Part shown: piece after piece, positions 28,145-41,757 of the stretch | Numbering within the stretch: the first letter of the stretch is position 1 | Layout: each line of letters starts with the position of its first letter | Source of the DNA: Amoeboaphelidium protococcarum X5 | Lineage: Eukaryota > Fungi > Aphelidiomycota | Assembly (NCBI GenBank): GCA_023515725.1 | Contig: JALDTO010000212.1 | Coordinates: 1-64,000 of the forward strand | Length of the DNA: 64,000 nt | Reading direction: 5' to 3' | Notes under the pieces: generated by a model | What the model was told of the DNA's origin: nothing | The model's database searches: none | Seen by the model: the letters and a program-made list of their open reading frames with translations, nothing else | Translations under genes and position numbers: made by a program

Positions 28145-28813
28145 TCACTAATTTCTCCTTCTAATTCGAAATTATCGCCACCAGCGCGCAACAGCAGGCG
28201 TGAACATTACAGTAAGAGGTGCTTTAAGTGGCACCAACAGCTTATTAAGAGCAAACGCCATCACAAAAGTCGCGCCCACTCGCTACCAACTAAATCCTTT
28301 CAACTTCTTATTAGCGCCACTATTAACAAGATCTACATTGTCTTGATATTAATACTAATCGCGTACAGGTAAAGAAGTACCTTGTGGTGATGATGATTAT
28401 GAACCAACGCCAGGTGACTACTCTTAATCAGACTCTGAAGAAACCGGAAGACCAAATCGAATCTTTGCCTGCTGAATATGCTTTTCCACATCTACACCAT
28501 TCCAAAGAGCCAGAAATATAAGTGATAAAGTGGTGGTGGACATTGCAGAGTATAGCACAAAGCCAGTCGCTCCATACTTTTTACCAAGTTACTTAAATCT
28601 TGATAAAGTGCTGCTACTGTCGTTCTAACTGCTATTACTTGAATTCGCTCTCTTGATTAGCACCCGTTACTTTACCAACTGCTCCGATCCAGCTGTAGAT
28701 ATCCGGCTCTGAAAACTATTAAACGATCTAGAGGTGATATTCATGTGATGCGACTAATTATTAGACTGCCATATCTATCGCCTAAATGGGATGACATTCT
28801 ATATCCGGATCAT
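28145..28813 (-). CDS. FAM210/DUF1279-family protein
   Basis: KFKQLGKKYGATGFVLYSAMS...GVDV and GATFVMAFALNKLLVPLKAPLTVMFTP. Confidence 0.8.
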
Positions 28814-28955
28814 TTTGTGATTACTAAGTCTGCGAAAATCTACCGTAATCACAAATTTTCTCTCTGATTGAACAACGTCAGAAATTGCTGAAATAGACGC
28901 GCGCTCTCTGTCTCGCTTTTAATCTGTAAAGATCGCCGTCGTAACAAGTCTAACA

Positions 28956-30386
28956 ATGACGTTCTACAATATGAAAAAGTATGTAGAGACGCTAACTTTA
29001 CTGTTGTAAATTGCGTATTCATCGGTAAGAATAAGTGGTGCAAATGTTGAATATTGGCTATTTCTAATAGCTCTGGGCTTCATGTGGATCTTGACATTGA
29101 CTGTGAGTGGGTTCAGATATTAATTGTATGGTGCCGTCGTTGCAGTGCTTTTAATATTCATCACGTACGAATTTAGTGTTGCAGCATATGTATACTTGCC
29201 GCTGACTATAGTTTCTCTTATACTATGTCTTCTACTCCCTGTATTTGTCACTCCACCACTCTTTGGTCCTTATAAGAAGATTGCTGTGGCCAGTTTCGAC
29301 CTGAAAGATCCATCGCGACCTAGATGGGATTTGTATGGTGATACATCTGGTATAAGATAACTGTGGTTTCGAGTATTCTATCCCACTGTAGAGTCTGCTA
29401 CAGGTACTTATGCTTAATATCTTCCTGATATTCTGCACCGCGGTAAATATTTCACTAAAGATTTGGGCTTGCCACCGTTCATGTTTAATCACTTTGTACT
29501 ATCTAAAACGCGTGCCATCTAGTAGAACAGTAGCGAAGATATCAAGATTGCAGACGGTAAACATCCACTAGTTCTCCTGAGTCATGGATACAATAGCTCG
29601 ATGGAGATACATACTATACTGTGCCAACATCTGGCATCTCACGGATATATTGTCGCGTCTGTTCAGCACAGTTTTGATGCACTCATCACGTATTTCCCTT
29701 CGTCGGGAGAGTCGTTTCCGTTTAACGCGTCGCCGCCCGTTTTGCGCGATGAAAACCACTTTTGGGAGTTTAGAGGGAAACATCTGGATATCCGTGCTAA
29801 AGATTTGCTCTTTGTATTGGATTTACTCACCGGTAAGAAGAAGGATGAATCTGCGGACTTTTCGCAGTTCATAGCCAGCGTGGATATGAATCGTATCTAC
29901 GCCGTCGGATAGTCATTTGGTGCGTGTTCAGCCATTTAGAGTGCTGTTCTAGACCAGAGAATCAAGAAGGTTGTTGGATTTGACGGATGGATTACGGTGT
30001 TGAGTAAAGAGGCAAAGTAATGTGGTGTCCAAGTGCCGCTGTTATTGTTATAAGCTGGCCCAAGGTTCTATGTAAATGATAACTTTTGGAGTGAGACCAA
30101 CGACTCTGATTGTGTGTCCATGATCAAAAACTCACCGGAACCATCTACCCTGGTGAGATTGGAAGGTGTTAAGCATCTCGAGTTCACCGACGCCAACCTC
30201 TTCTCGCCCGTAGTAAGTAAATTGTTGGGCATTAGCGGTCCTCTATCAGGATCACTGTTGCAAAAGATCATGTTCGATTACACTTACCGGTTCTTGGAAG
30301 ACTAGGAGAATACATACTTTGACGGCCACAACCATTCTCATCCGAAAATGTACACTGAATACCCATAGTAGAAGCTGAGTCAATGA
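28956..30386 (+). CDS. PAF-acetylhydrolase-like alpha/beta hydrolase with N-terminal TM segments
   Basis: HPLVLLSHG, LASHGYIVASVQH, IRAKDL.FVLD.L, nucleophile elbow GQSFG, FDGW, HLEFTD. Confidence 0.8.
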
Positions 30387-30484
30387 GCTATTGTAAAATT
30401 GATCCATATAATTTCCGTGTTTGTAAATATTCATTTATTATAAAACGAATTTTATTTGATCCAGATCCTTTTAATCGTAATCAA

Positions 30485-30829
30485 TCAATATCCTCTCTTG
30501 CGATTATAAGAAGTGTCGTTAGGATCCTTGCGCTAATTCATAACATAACGATCAGCTGTATATTAATAAGCCAAATACCATGGCAGAAGACCGGCAGCGA
30601 CGTAACCAAAGCCCCAGATACGCTTAGTCAGCATGTATTTAATTCCATCAACTGCGCCAGCATAAGCACGCTACTTATTAGGAGCAATGGCATACGTCAC
30701 CACACCCTTCACTTCACCGCCGAGATTTCCCCACCATCCTACACTCGTATAATTGTACATTGCAACTGTAAAATTCTCTCAACCTGGATAATAACAATAA
30801 TAATTACCAACATATTTTCCTCCGCCCAT
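30485..30829 (-). CDS. QCR8: Cytochrome bc1 complex subunit 8 (intron 30739-30807)
   Basis: Spliced MGGGKYVGWWGNLGGEVKGVVTYAIAPNKQRAYAG...NQRKDP. Confidence 0.85.
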
Positions 30830-32813
30830 ATTTAAATAGCTCTCTGTTCTTATAAAATGATAAAGATTTTGCCAAAAGTGCAAAGTATTGAAGAGGAAGA
30901 AGAGCTGGCTACAGTTAGAAGAAAAACTTTTGTTGACTCAACGAGAGAACGAACTGCTTGCTTATACTGTAGTAGATCGAGTCTACAATATGGCGCGATT
31001 CTCTGTTCAGTAAATTATTGCGTTCTACACAATATATCATCATAGTGAAAGATTGTGCGAACTTGTCGTGTTGGATATCAAATTCTAGATTAAAAATTTG
31101 ATATTTTCTATATCATGAGCCAAAAAAATGAAAATGATTCGTGCGAGTTTCGATCTCACTACCTCTCGCGTGTGAAGCGAACGATCTCCCAATTGATCTA
31201 ACGAACCTTTGAGTGCATTTAAATTCACATCTGATACGGTCGCGTAAGATCTTAAAGTGACTCTTCATTAGATTCAGAGTTGAGAGGTGACGTAATAGGG
31301 TGGCGCAGCAATTAGTGGCGTTATCAAGGCTACAGAGTTCGTCATTGATCTTCTCTGGGTGCCGGTTATTGCAAGTGAGAAGTGCATTATCAGGTAGTGG
31401 TTAAGTGAATAGTGAATCAGAAGTAATTAAGTATAATCCAGTACAGAAACAGTACCAGCAGTATCACTTTTGAGAAGGCAAGTCATTATATGAACTCAAA
31501 GACAATCGCAGGGGAGGAGCGGATCCTTATATGGTTAAGACTCCCGATCAGGCTATAAAGTGGGAAACTTTACACTTCAAAGCATAACGCGTCACTGGAT
31601 GATGATTGGGTTCTATAGGAGTTTGGTATTATTCAATCGTTCAAATTCATTTCTCTTTAAGTCCTGCACGTAGTCGGGTTTGCATTTCATTTTTCCCAGC
31701 TTTCAAGTCACTAGTTCAGTAGTCATCGTTCCATCAAACTCTTTTACAGCAAAATCCACAGAGTATTTGCAATCCTTAACTACATCCTTGACGAAACAGA
31801 TGTTGCCATTTTCCGTATGGTTGATTTTCTTCATTAATTAGCCTGCCGAAGTTCTACCTAGTGAGACGTGAAGATAACAGCTGAGTGTGTTTTAAAAGCA
31901 TTCCCAGTAATCAGACTTAATACCAGCCAGATCTAAGCTGCATCTAGCGCATACATTCGCGGGCGAAGCGTCAACAGACCTTTAAATAGGATAAGCATTC
32001 GACGCGCCAATATTAGGGACCGGCATAGGAATATCTATAAATTTATTGACAAAACTGAGATATGCCTTACAGTTACTCTAATAGCTATAGACTTCCGACT
32101 TTTTTGACCATAATGAGCTACTTAATCGCGTGGAACACCAATCGATTCGTCATAAGTATTTATTGCAAGCGACTAGTATTATCGTCAGAAGTGTCGTTCT
32201 ACTCTATACTTGGACCAAACTATTTAGAGATTTAGCTATACCGCCCTTTTAGCGCCAGAGAGACACCACTCTCTTCACTCATTTCCGGTTCAATTAGTTG
32301 ACCAGTTTACAAGCTATTAACAGGCAAGTCAAATATTAGCTTCCAGATTACCAACTTTCTCCGCCAATTGAAATACGCAGCAAATTCTTCGTTAGCGTCC
32401 ATAGGAGTGGTAGCTCTTCACACAGCAGTAAACGCGTCAAGTCATATGGCGATGTCAAATTATGCTTCCATGAAGTAAGTGAACCTAAGATATTTTAACA
32501 ACGGATGCCATTGAATGTAGTCTGATCTCAGTATCTTAAACATTTTACTTTGCAACATCGGTTTGTAGAATCGCAATGAAAAAGGTCGCGCTAAGTTAGT
32601 TCGGTTAAACGCGAATACGCTGAGTTTGAACCGACACCTCTGACGTTGGTAGAAAATGTTAATAATCTAGGACAGAAATAAAGCATATACGCATAATAAA
32701 TCTTAAATTGATCTAATATGCAAAGGCTCAACATTTACAGCGAGACTGTGAAAATGCCAAGTCCAAACAAGAGAAATTCCAAAGCTAACGCTAAAATGTA
32801 AATCACCAGAAAA

Positions 32814-35800
32814 TCATAATCTTTGAGATAGAATTCTTCTAACAATGCCAGGTAGTTCCGAGGAGTCCTCGCAGATATAACAGTGTCCCACAGGGAGTTC
32901 TTTCAACAATTTTTAAGCTTAATCTCGAAGAGAGCCAATAAAGATGAGGTAAGAACTAACCACATTCTCCTTCACATTTTCCATCTCCTGCCGTAGATCC
33001 GACGCAGAAATCCCATACTATTCAATATTGGCATCACTGATGAGAATAACAATTCGCTCGTCAAACTCTTCTTGACTATCAGTAGAAGCCGCCGCATCGG
33101 TGACCAGTCTCAGAGCGTTCAGAGTGTTGTCTCCCGCAATACAGTGAGTTGAGTGAGCGTGCATCTCTTCAATAATCTTTAACCGCTCAGAATCCGTTTT
33201 CGGATACTATGAAGGCTTTACAAATGGAATGTAGGCAGAATCTCCGGAATGGCCGCATATTTCGTACTTGAACTTATGCTCGAATCCGCAGAGAGATTCA
33301 AGTAGCATCAGCGCCACTTCCAACGTCCTTTCGAGACGACCATCGTGAGGATTGTACCTAGACATACTGGCGCTTACATCAAAGCTGATAATCAATTTCT
33401 TTGGTTGTAAATTGGTAGCGAAAGGATTATTGTCCTTGACAAGTCGCCGTTTGTATATATTTCTCTCACCAACCACCGAATCTACAATCTTTCTATCGTC
33501 AAAATCGCCGTATACTTGATTGCTCTGCCACTATTTCTCTTTAGTTTTCAACTCTGACGCCTCCAAGATGGTCTTCAACTCTCTGATAGATCCAAAGATC
33601 TTTTACTTCCGCCGTTCATATTCCTCAGCCTAGATCTCGCTATTAGATATAGCTGAGAGTCGTTTCTTCAATGCTGCTTGTCTTACTCGCTATTAAGCTT
33701 CCAATATCTCTTAAGACAATTAAGGACTCGTCTCCCGAGTCGAAAGATGATGTTCAGCACTAAATTGTGTATCTTTTCTTTCAGACGCACCATGACCTTC
33801 GCCTTGCCCGTCGCCATCACCATCACCAAAACCAATCCCAGGGACTCCATTAAAGCTGAGCATAATTTCAGGATTACTATCAGACTCTTAAGATGAGGAG
33901 GCTCCATGCAGCTGATGACGTTGTCTTTGGGTATTTAACTAAAAAATGCAATCGCCTTTAAACAGAAAGAATCCGCCAGGTAGTCCAGACGGTAGACATT
34001 ATAGAGCACGAGAGTCGCTCCTGGATAACTTGAGTCTAACCAACGAATCAGGATACGATATATCTATATGCTCATGGTTGCAAACTACAGTCACATCCTA
34101 CTGGCTGCAAACAACCGTTTAAAAATCAGTAATCTGATCAGACATGTTTAAAGCTACTTCATTGGAACCCACAGAAACAATCGAAAGCAGACTAGAAGTA
34201 TTCTAAATGTCTGCTTGAGCAACAAAACCGTCACTTAATGGAAAGCATAAGAGATCAGGTAATTGAGGAATCTCATACATTGTCCACTTTAGTCTGTCCA
34301 GCATCAATTTGGAACCCGTCGCTGTAGAGATTAAAATCAGCCCATCACCAACAAATTTCTGTATTGATTATACAGCCTAATTGAAAGTGATTAACACCTT
34401 CTTATTAAGCTAAAAATCAATTACAAGAAAATGATGACACTGCTGTCTATAAATACCAACTTAAGACTCGCCAAGTTTTATAATACAAAGTTTACCTGAG
34501 CCAGCAACTTCATCCAGCGGGAAGAAACTGACAATATTACGGTCAAAATCATAAGAGTACAGTCTCGACATTGACTCGTGTAATAAAACAGCTTTCCAAG
34601 ACTGCTAATCAGAGATTGTGCACACTGAACAGAATTGGATATCCATCGGCTCCTACTGGGTAGAATTGCGGAACGTATCATGAACGTCATACTCAATAGC
34701 TTCCATCCTCTGCAAGTCTAATATTACGATAGAGTACGGATTCTGGTCAATCATCAGAAACTTACCATTAGCAAACTGATCAACGTTACAGCTCAGTGAT
34801 TTGAACGGCAAAATGAATACTTAAGTGATCTCAGTTCCATTGCAGTAAGCAGAGTCAATTGGAACAAGTCTACGATCTGCAAATAATTTCACAGATGATC
34901 CGAGACTAAGCGGAAAAGTCTCAATTCTAGGCGCGGACACTTATATCAAGGAATAGACAGTATTTACATTAACCGATATAGGAGGATAGATAGATCTTGA
35001 GACAGCAAATCGGCCAGATAGAAGGGAATCAGCTGAGGAGAGTAATGGTGCCAGACCGTGCTTTGCTAAAATGGAAGATATCAGATTAGCTCTATCACTG
35101 TCATAAGAATCAAAATCAAATACATTCCGCAGAGCAATTGAAATAGATGACGACGGAAACTTTTGCAATTACTTTACCACATTAACCAATTCTCGGGTAG
35201 AGTATGGATACGAGAGCTATCCCTTGTCTGATAGTTCACGTAAATCAGTAAAAAGCGCTTAAAGTTAAACTAATACAGTATCATGTATGTCTGGAGCATA
35301 TTATCTGACCATCTCCAACTCTGACTCTCTGTCTGGATTTTAAACTACAAACGGGCAAAAGCAATCAGACATTGACGCGTAGAAATCATTACCTTGGAAC
35401 GGGAATCCAGCACGGTTGGCCAACACAATCAATCTGAAATCTTTATGTATGGGCAAAGAGCTGAGACTCGAGCCGCCAGACAGCTCTTAAGATCCTACCA
35501 ATACTCGACCATCACCTAAATGTAACAGCTAATCTTTAATAAGAGACTTTAACGCGGCAAGAACTTGTGGTGATGCCTTATCAGCCTCATCTATTACAAC
35601 AACGTGGCCTCTAATTGCTGCAGTAACAAGGGGAGAATCTACATATCTGATAGCACCAGAATCAAAAGTTGGAACTGAGACCAACGACTAAAACGTAGAG
35701 TCTCTATTCAACTGCATGTACTACCGAGGAAGCTGTAGCATTTAGCAAAACTTGTCAGCAATCTTGTTCTTTCCAACACCTTGATTTCCAATAAGCAGGA

Positions 35801-37898
35801 TCGGTTGAGATTCGATATAGCATAAGCACATTCTGTTCAAAATGTTCATCTGAGACTTATTTTATACAAAAAATACATTTGGTATAAGCTCTCGATCTCT
35901 TTCATTGGTCACAGCGTACCGCTATTATCCAGCTTTAACTACAGTCTCGCCATTCTAATTCAAGATATCAATACTCAAAGTGGAGTTCACTTATTCGACA
36001 CCAAGATGATCTTGGATGAGCCGATCAAGTACTTTCTATACATCAAGCGGTAATATGGAATAAAGACAAGCATCACGGATAAGCATCTATAGAGACATTC
36101 CATATTAATAATGCATCAGAACTAGTCTTTTCAGTTGAACAATATTCAGGAATTCTTTCAAAGGCTGGAGTAAGACTTCATCAGAGGTGCGCAATTGAAG
36201 AGATAACTGTAACAATTTCTAAATAAGGTGAGGATCTGCTCCATTCACACGCTACAAAATTATACTGCGACACTATTCTAAAGGGAGATTTCGCAAATGA
36301 ACAAATACCAGACAGTTTTACAGCTGAGGAGTTATCCAATCAACGGCCGGCCCATTTACCTACTTAGTTGCATCTATTGCACCTACAGCTATTACTCTAA
36401 AATTTGAATGAGCATAAATGACATTTCTATCAGCTTTCATGGATGTCTCACCATCAGCCTAATGACCATCAGTCACTAATGTTCCATCAGGGAGAGTTAC
36501 TGATCGCATTTACATGAACCAGCTGAGAGCATTAAGAACATCAGGATGCAACTGGTGAACACCATCAAGAACAACTATATGACCATTCAACGCAGCTTCA
36601 ACTAATAACGAATTCCGCCATACTGTGTTCCCTTTGGAATCTGTTGATCGAGTTTAAAGCAGATCCTTGTAAGTAACATCGCTGTGTACCGGAATGACAA
36701 TAATCTACTATTTATCTTTGCCTAGATGCATACTTAGCTACTAGACTAAGTAAGATTTACCACATCCAGATTCTCCAATTAAAGCAACGTTCTACCCAGC
36801 TCTGATCATCGTCGATATGACATTTAGAGCTTGCTATTAATCTAGTCCTAACTCAGATCCTGGCTTTTATGACACTGTATTCAATCCGCACTCTACCAGA
36901 ATTTATAAAATGACATTGTTATAAAGGAGTCTGTATAGGGGAGGATAAATACAAGACAACATTTAAATAGTGTCAATTGTCTAAACATCCAAACGAGTAC
37001 AAACTTCCATCAAGGTGTCAAAATCAGCAATACACTCTGAAATTTCAGACTGAGCCTCAGCTGCGGCATTTATGAGACTTTTAAACTTGAGTACTATCTA
37101 AACCAAATTCTATACTTTGAGATCATCAATACGAAACACTTTTGCCATAAAATCAGCATCAAATTAAGATAAAGATAATGACCGCGATTGAAAGCGACTT
37201 CTGAATGGTGGATCCAACATGAAACCTTTATACTTTGGGACGGGAAGTCCAAGTGCAATAACCATAAACTACTCAGAGATCCTAAACAAATTTTAAGAAT
37301 TCAACTATTCAACAGTCTATCCACCTGTCGTGATCAAATTATCAAAAGCCTTGGGATTCATAAAAAATCTACCATCATCGAGTTAGAGTTCCCTATTCTC
37401 TAATAAATTATTCAGAATCGGCAATATGTTACGTTCTGCACGCTCAATCCCCTCAATAATCAATATTCGTCCATAAAGCGCGGCTTTTACAGGAGCCTAT
37501 TCCACAAAGACTACAGAAGCATCGACAATCTCTCGGCGCAACTTGAGATCAGATTCAGTTGTCTCCCCCGTGATGATGAGATACTCAACTTCTTTGCGGA
37601 GTAGCTGTGCAAAGGCAAGAGCAATTTATCTTTTCATTCTAGAAGGTGGGCCAATAAGGAAAGCATCTTGACCAAGAGCATATTTCTACATCAGCCATTG
37701 AACATACAATTGCATAGTTTTAAACGCTTGCATCAAACGTGGTAGATCTGGGACATGAGGTACCAGCTGAGGATACTGCGGCCTGTAAATGTCAATGCTA
37801 ACATTATCATTAATTTTAACCTGTCCAATTAGTTGTCTATCTAGAGTAAGATTGCTATTTACTGCCTGCAGTCGTCTCTCTGCGTTAGTTTTGCCCAT
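32814..37898 (-). CDS. VWA8: VWA8-like protein with multiple AAA+ modules and a C-terminal vWA domain
   Basis: WLMQKYALGQDAFLIGPP, ETTESDLKLRREI, LLIGNQGVGKNKIAD, PYSTRELVNV, FDVSASMSRYN..DGRLER, GHSGD, LISDAN; sampled segments share one frame (~1690 aa). Confidence 0.92.
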
Positions 37899-38073
37899 TA
37901 CGGCGCGATTTTGAAACTGGTGACTTTCGCCAAGAAATGGAAAGAGCGAGACAGAAGAGTGTGAGAGAGACACTACTAATCATCAAAATTTCAAGTCTGA
38001 GAACTCTAAGTTTAAAGGATAACTATATTAGTAGGGATTTCCTTAATTATTTCATCAAATGATTAAAATTACT

Positions 38074-39789
38074 TCACTACCAAGTGAGCGATAATACGCG
38101 ATCAATGGGAACGAGACGAGTGTTATGACTGATCCAGAGACAAGATATGTTGAGAGTTTTACACAATTGGAAGCACCGCAACTCCCATTGGCTATCCATT
38201 GAGCTAGTAGCCTCATCTATAATAAGTAGACGTGGCTGCTTCAGAAGAGCTCTGGCAAATAGGACGCGTTAGATTTCACCAGCTGATAACTGTCTCAAAT
38301 CAGGAATGGTTGTCAATTCATTTAATGCAAACTCCTTCATCAACAGGCTATAAAGATCTGTATTGACATCACTCACGCTGTCGTCAGGATAGATCAATTA
38401 ATCAGTCAAAGACGCGAACGGCAATATATAAGAATTCTGTGGTAGATACACGATATCTTTCGTAAAGATAGACAGTTGACCGGATGATAGCGAATGCAGT
38501 CCTGATAGACATTTAACGAGGGTGGATTTACCAGAACCATTAACACCTTGTAATGCTATACACTGCCCAGAGAGCAATGTAAAGTCTGGCACTATAGCTG
38601 TGATGCCGTAGGGTAAAGTATAAGACACTTCGTGGCACTCTATGAGAACTCCAGTATTATTGAAAGAGTCATCATTCATTGCAGCCTCTCCATTCGATAA
38701 GTGTATAGAATCGCAAGCCATAACCAAATCAAATACACGCGATAAATAGCCAAGAAACTCATACACTTTATCTATCGCAACAACCAGATTAGATAAAGCT
38801 GATATCAGTTGTATGCAATAGAATACAGTGAGAGCGACAATCTTTGAAATCTCAACCTCACTACGATCATCATAGACGCCACTGAAGATAGGAATGGCAA
38901 CTATAATGTAGCAAATTATGGATCCATACCAAGATACAAACTAAGTTATAACAGTAACTACCGAGTCTTTGACATAAAATCTTCTGTAAGCTTAGAGAAC
39001 ATTAGACAGCAAAGTGTTTAGTCTATCAATTTCAAAAGGTTAACCAAACCATAAGCAAATCTCAAGCAAGCTGTTTTATACACTGACATGCTTCAGACGA
39101 AAGTCACCTTCAGCCTACTCCTTCTGCTACGTCAACCATACAAGTGGGCGTGAGACAAGCCGTGTAACAAGCACAGATACAATAAAATACGCGTAAATGA
39201 TTGCCAATGAAGTCAATGTAGAATTGCCAGCGCTTTGTGCAACTTTAACAGAGTAGAATACAATCAAAGCGGGTGACAATATCAATTTCGACAAAATGTC
39301 AACACACAGTACATAAGTAAGTCGATCCACGTCCTAAGTTACTCGCTAATCCACAGTATCAATAGCTGCATCTGATTAAAGATTGAGATATGCATTCCTG
39401 CTGTCACCAATTAGCAATTTGTGCAGATACCGAGTCAATTTCCATCTCGCATGCAAAGCCAGTATTCGAGCCACCAGACTGCCAACTCCTAGAGCGATGG
39501 CAATACCAACCACAAATAGCAAGACTTGCCAATTTAATCGAATGAACGCGTCATACTACCTCTGCTGCAATATAGGATAGTAATTGGCGGTGAGTTAGCC
39601 CATGAAGTTTGATAAAATCTAGAATGTCATCTACGATATTAAAACACCAATAACAAGAGCAATAGTCTTTCTACAATATAAAACTTTCAGCAGCCAAGCC
39701 ATGTACTTTATACTCGGTCCTCTCTTATAAACATTACGTAAGTCTCCATCTTGACAATGGTCACGATCATCTAAGGGAAAGTACTTCAT
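38074..39789 (-). CDS. ABCD4: ABC transporter subfamily D half-transporter, ABCD4-like (alternative upstream ATG 39891)
   Basis: VDQRVTQDVD, EAA-like EQAEGDFRLKH, Walker A GVNGSGKS, YLPQ, LSAGEIQR..FAR.L....IIDEATS. Confidence 0.8.
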
Positions 39790-40114
39790 CAGGCGCCTAA
39801 TTTCGTTCTATAGAAGCGACGAATGGAAAGTTTGAATGAGGGTAATATCAAATTTAATCAAAACGGTCTACTTGGTGAAAATTAATACCATAATTTAAAA
39901 AAATTTTAATGTGTTTACAAAGTTGAATTGGTGTGCATAGATTTACAAGGTAATCTTTGATTTTACTTGATCGCCACGTTACCAAGATTATTAAAATTGA
40001 CATCATAACTAGATGGGATGATGGAAGGCTATTTTTAAAGATGTTGACACAACCAGACTTGCCGTGATAAAGTTTATTTCTACCTTTCAACCGGAAACTA
40101 GTTAGAAAATAACT

Positions 40115-41524
40115 ATGGTGAAACATTGGGATTTGAAGGTGTAAATCGCGGTGCTCTTCTTTGGCTATGGAAGTATGGCTTATCTGGCGCTGTTTTACGA
40201 TCAAGTGATGAAGTTTACTCCAGTCCAGATTGGGATGCTCACCTCTCTATCGCCCGTGATATCGTTTCTCGTCGCGCCTCAGTTCATGTTTATTGCCGAC
40301 AAGTACGGCTGGCATAAGAGGATGCTCATCGGATGTGCTGTGGTGTCGTCTGTTGCAGCAATGATGTACATCCTACTTCGCGATGACCCTAATATCAATT
40401 ATGGCTAATTGTTGATATCCACACCATATCTACTCACTGTGGCTGTGTCTCTATTTTACGCGATTCCCTTTTGCGCAATATCCCCGCTGATGGACACGAT
40501 GGTGCTGGGAAAGTTGAAACAGAGATCAGGGAAGATGGACGAGATAGCCCAGAAGCAGTTGTATGGTAAGTAGAGATGGGTGGGAAGTATCACGTACGGC
40601 TTATCAGCGTTCATTATGGGATATATATATAACGTGTTGCCTAGAATGAGTGTCACGTTTATAGGGTGGACTGTGCTGGTCGGCGGCGTATTTGTTGCCA
40701 CACTTTTTATCCCCGATTAGAACGAGTAAGTAGATTACAATAACTCAAAGGCGGATAAACATGCTCTGTAAAAATTGAACAATAATGATACCTTAGATGT
40801 TGAAAAGTCTGCGCTTATCATGAAACCTCTAGATGAAGGAGATTTGCCGCTAGATATTGAGCTATCAGTAAATGAAATAAAGCCAACTTTTTTATAGTCG
40901 GTCAGAGCATTGAGTGAAAATTCTGAAATGGTACTATTCTGGGCTTTTGCTCTCGTGTAAGGTCTGGGTCAGTCTGTGGTGAACAACTTTCTTAACATTA
41001 TGCTGGTTTAGCGTTTGAATGCCTCTGATACGATCTTGGCATTTGGCAGTCTTAATCGTGTCATACTTGAAGCTCCATTCTTTTTCTTTAATGGCGCGGT
41101 ACAGGTGCTGATACTCAAGTGCTTAGGATTGTAAAATGTTAAAGCTGCCGAAGCATCTAAATGGGTCATGATTCTGAGCATGATGATACTATGTTTCAGA
41201 ACTTTGATGTACGCGTTGTTGAGCTTCTTTACGCTCAGTCCGTACATTGATCTTGGGATTGAGCTTCTCCATGGTGTGATGTACGCTACTTTCTATGGAA
41301 GTGCCGTTTAGGCTGCTGCTTCATTAGCTCCTAAATAGTATCAAGGAACTTCTCAGGGAATTTTTTCTGCTATTTACAGCGGATTAGGTCCTTTCGTTGG
41401 ATCAATTCTTGGTGGATACATTTACAATCAGTTTGGTAGCGGTTGGATGTTCCTACTTTGTTCATTGTTGTGTTTCGTTACTGCAACAACTTACGCGTTA
41501 AATGTGATTAGAAATAGAGTATGA
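40115..41524 (+). CDS. MFS transporter (MFSD6-like), tandem paralog A
   Basis: YGKQRWVGSITYG, EAPFFFF, IELLHG, QGIFSAIYSGLG; aligns along its length with 41758-43155. Confidence 0.9.
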
Positions 41525-41757
41525 TTTTGCATAATTATAACTGAAGTCTGTTATTTAATTTGTATGTAAAAGCATGGCCTTTCGATTCATCATATAGTAC
41601 GTCTACTCACAACACGGTACTTAACTCTTAGCAACAAGGATCAGTCTCAATCGTGATACTTGCCAGGATACGCAAGCCATGCAGGCCGGAGTATTAAAAG
41701 TCTATTTTTACTCTCATTCAGATCCAGATTTTATTAAAGACCGAGTTTACAAAAGTT

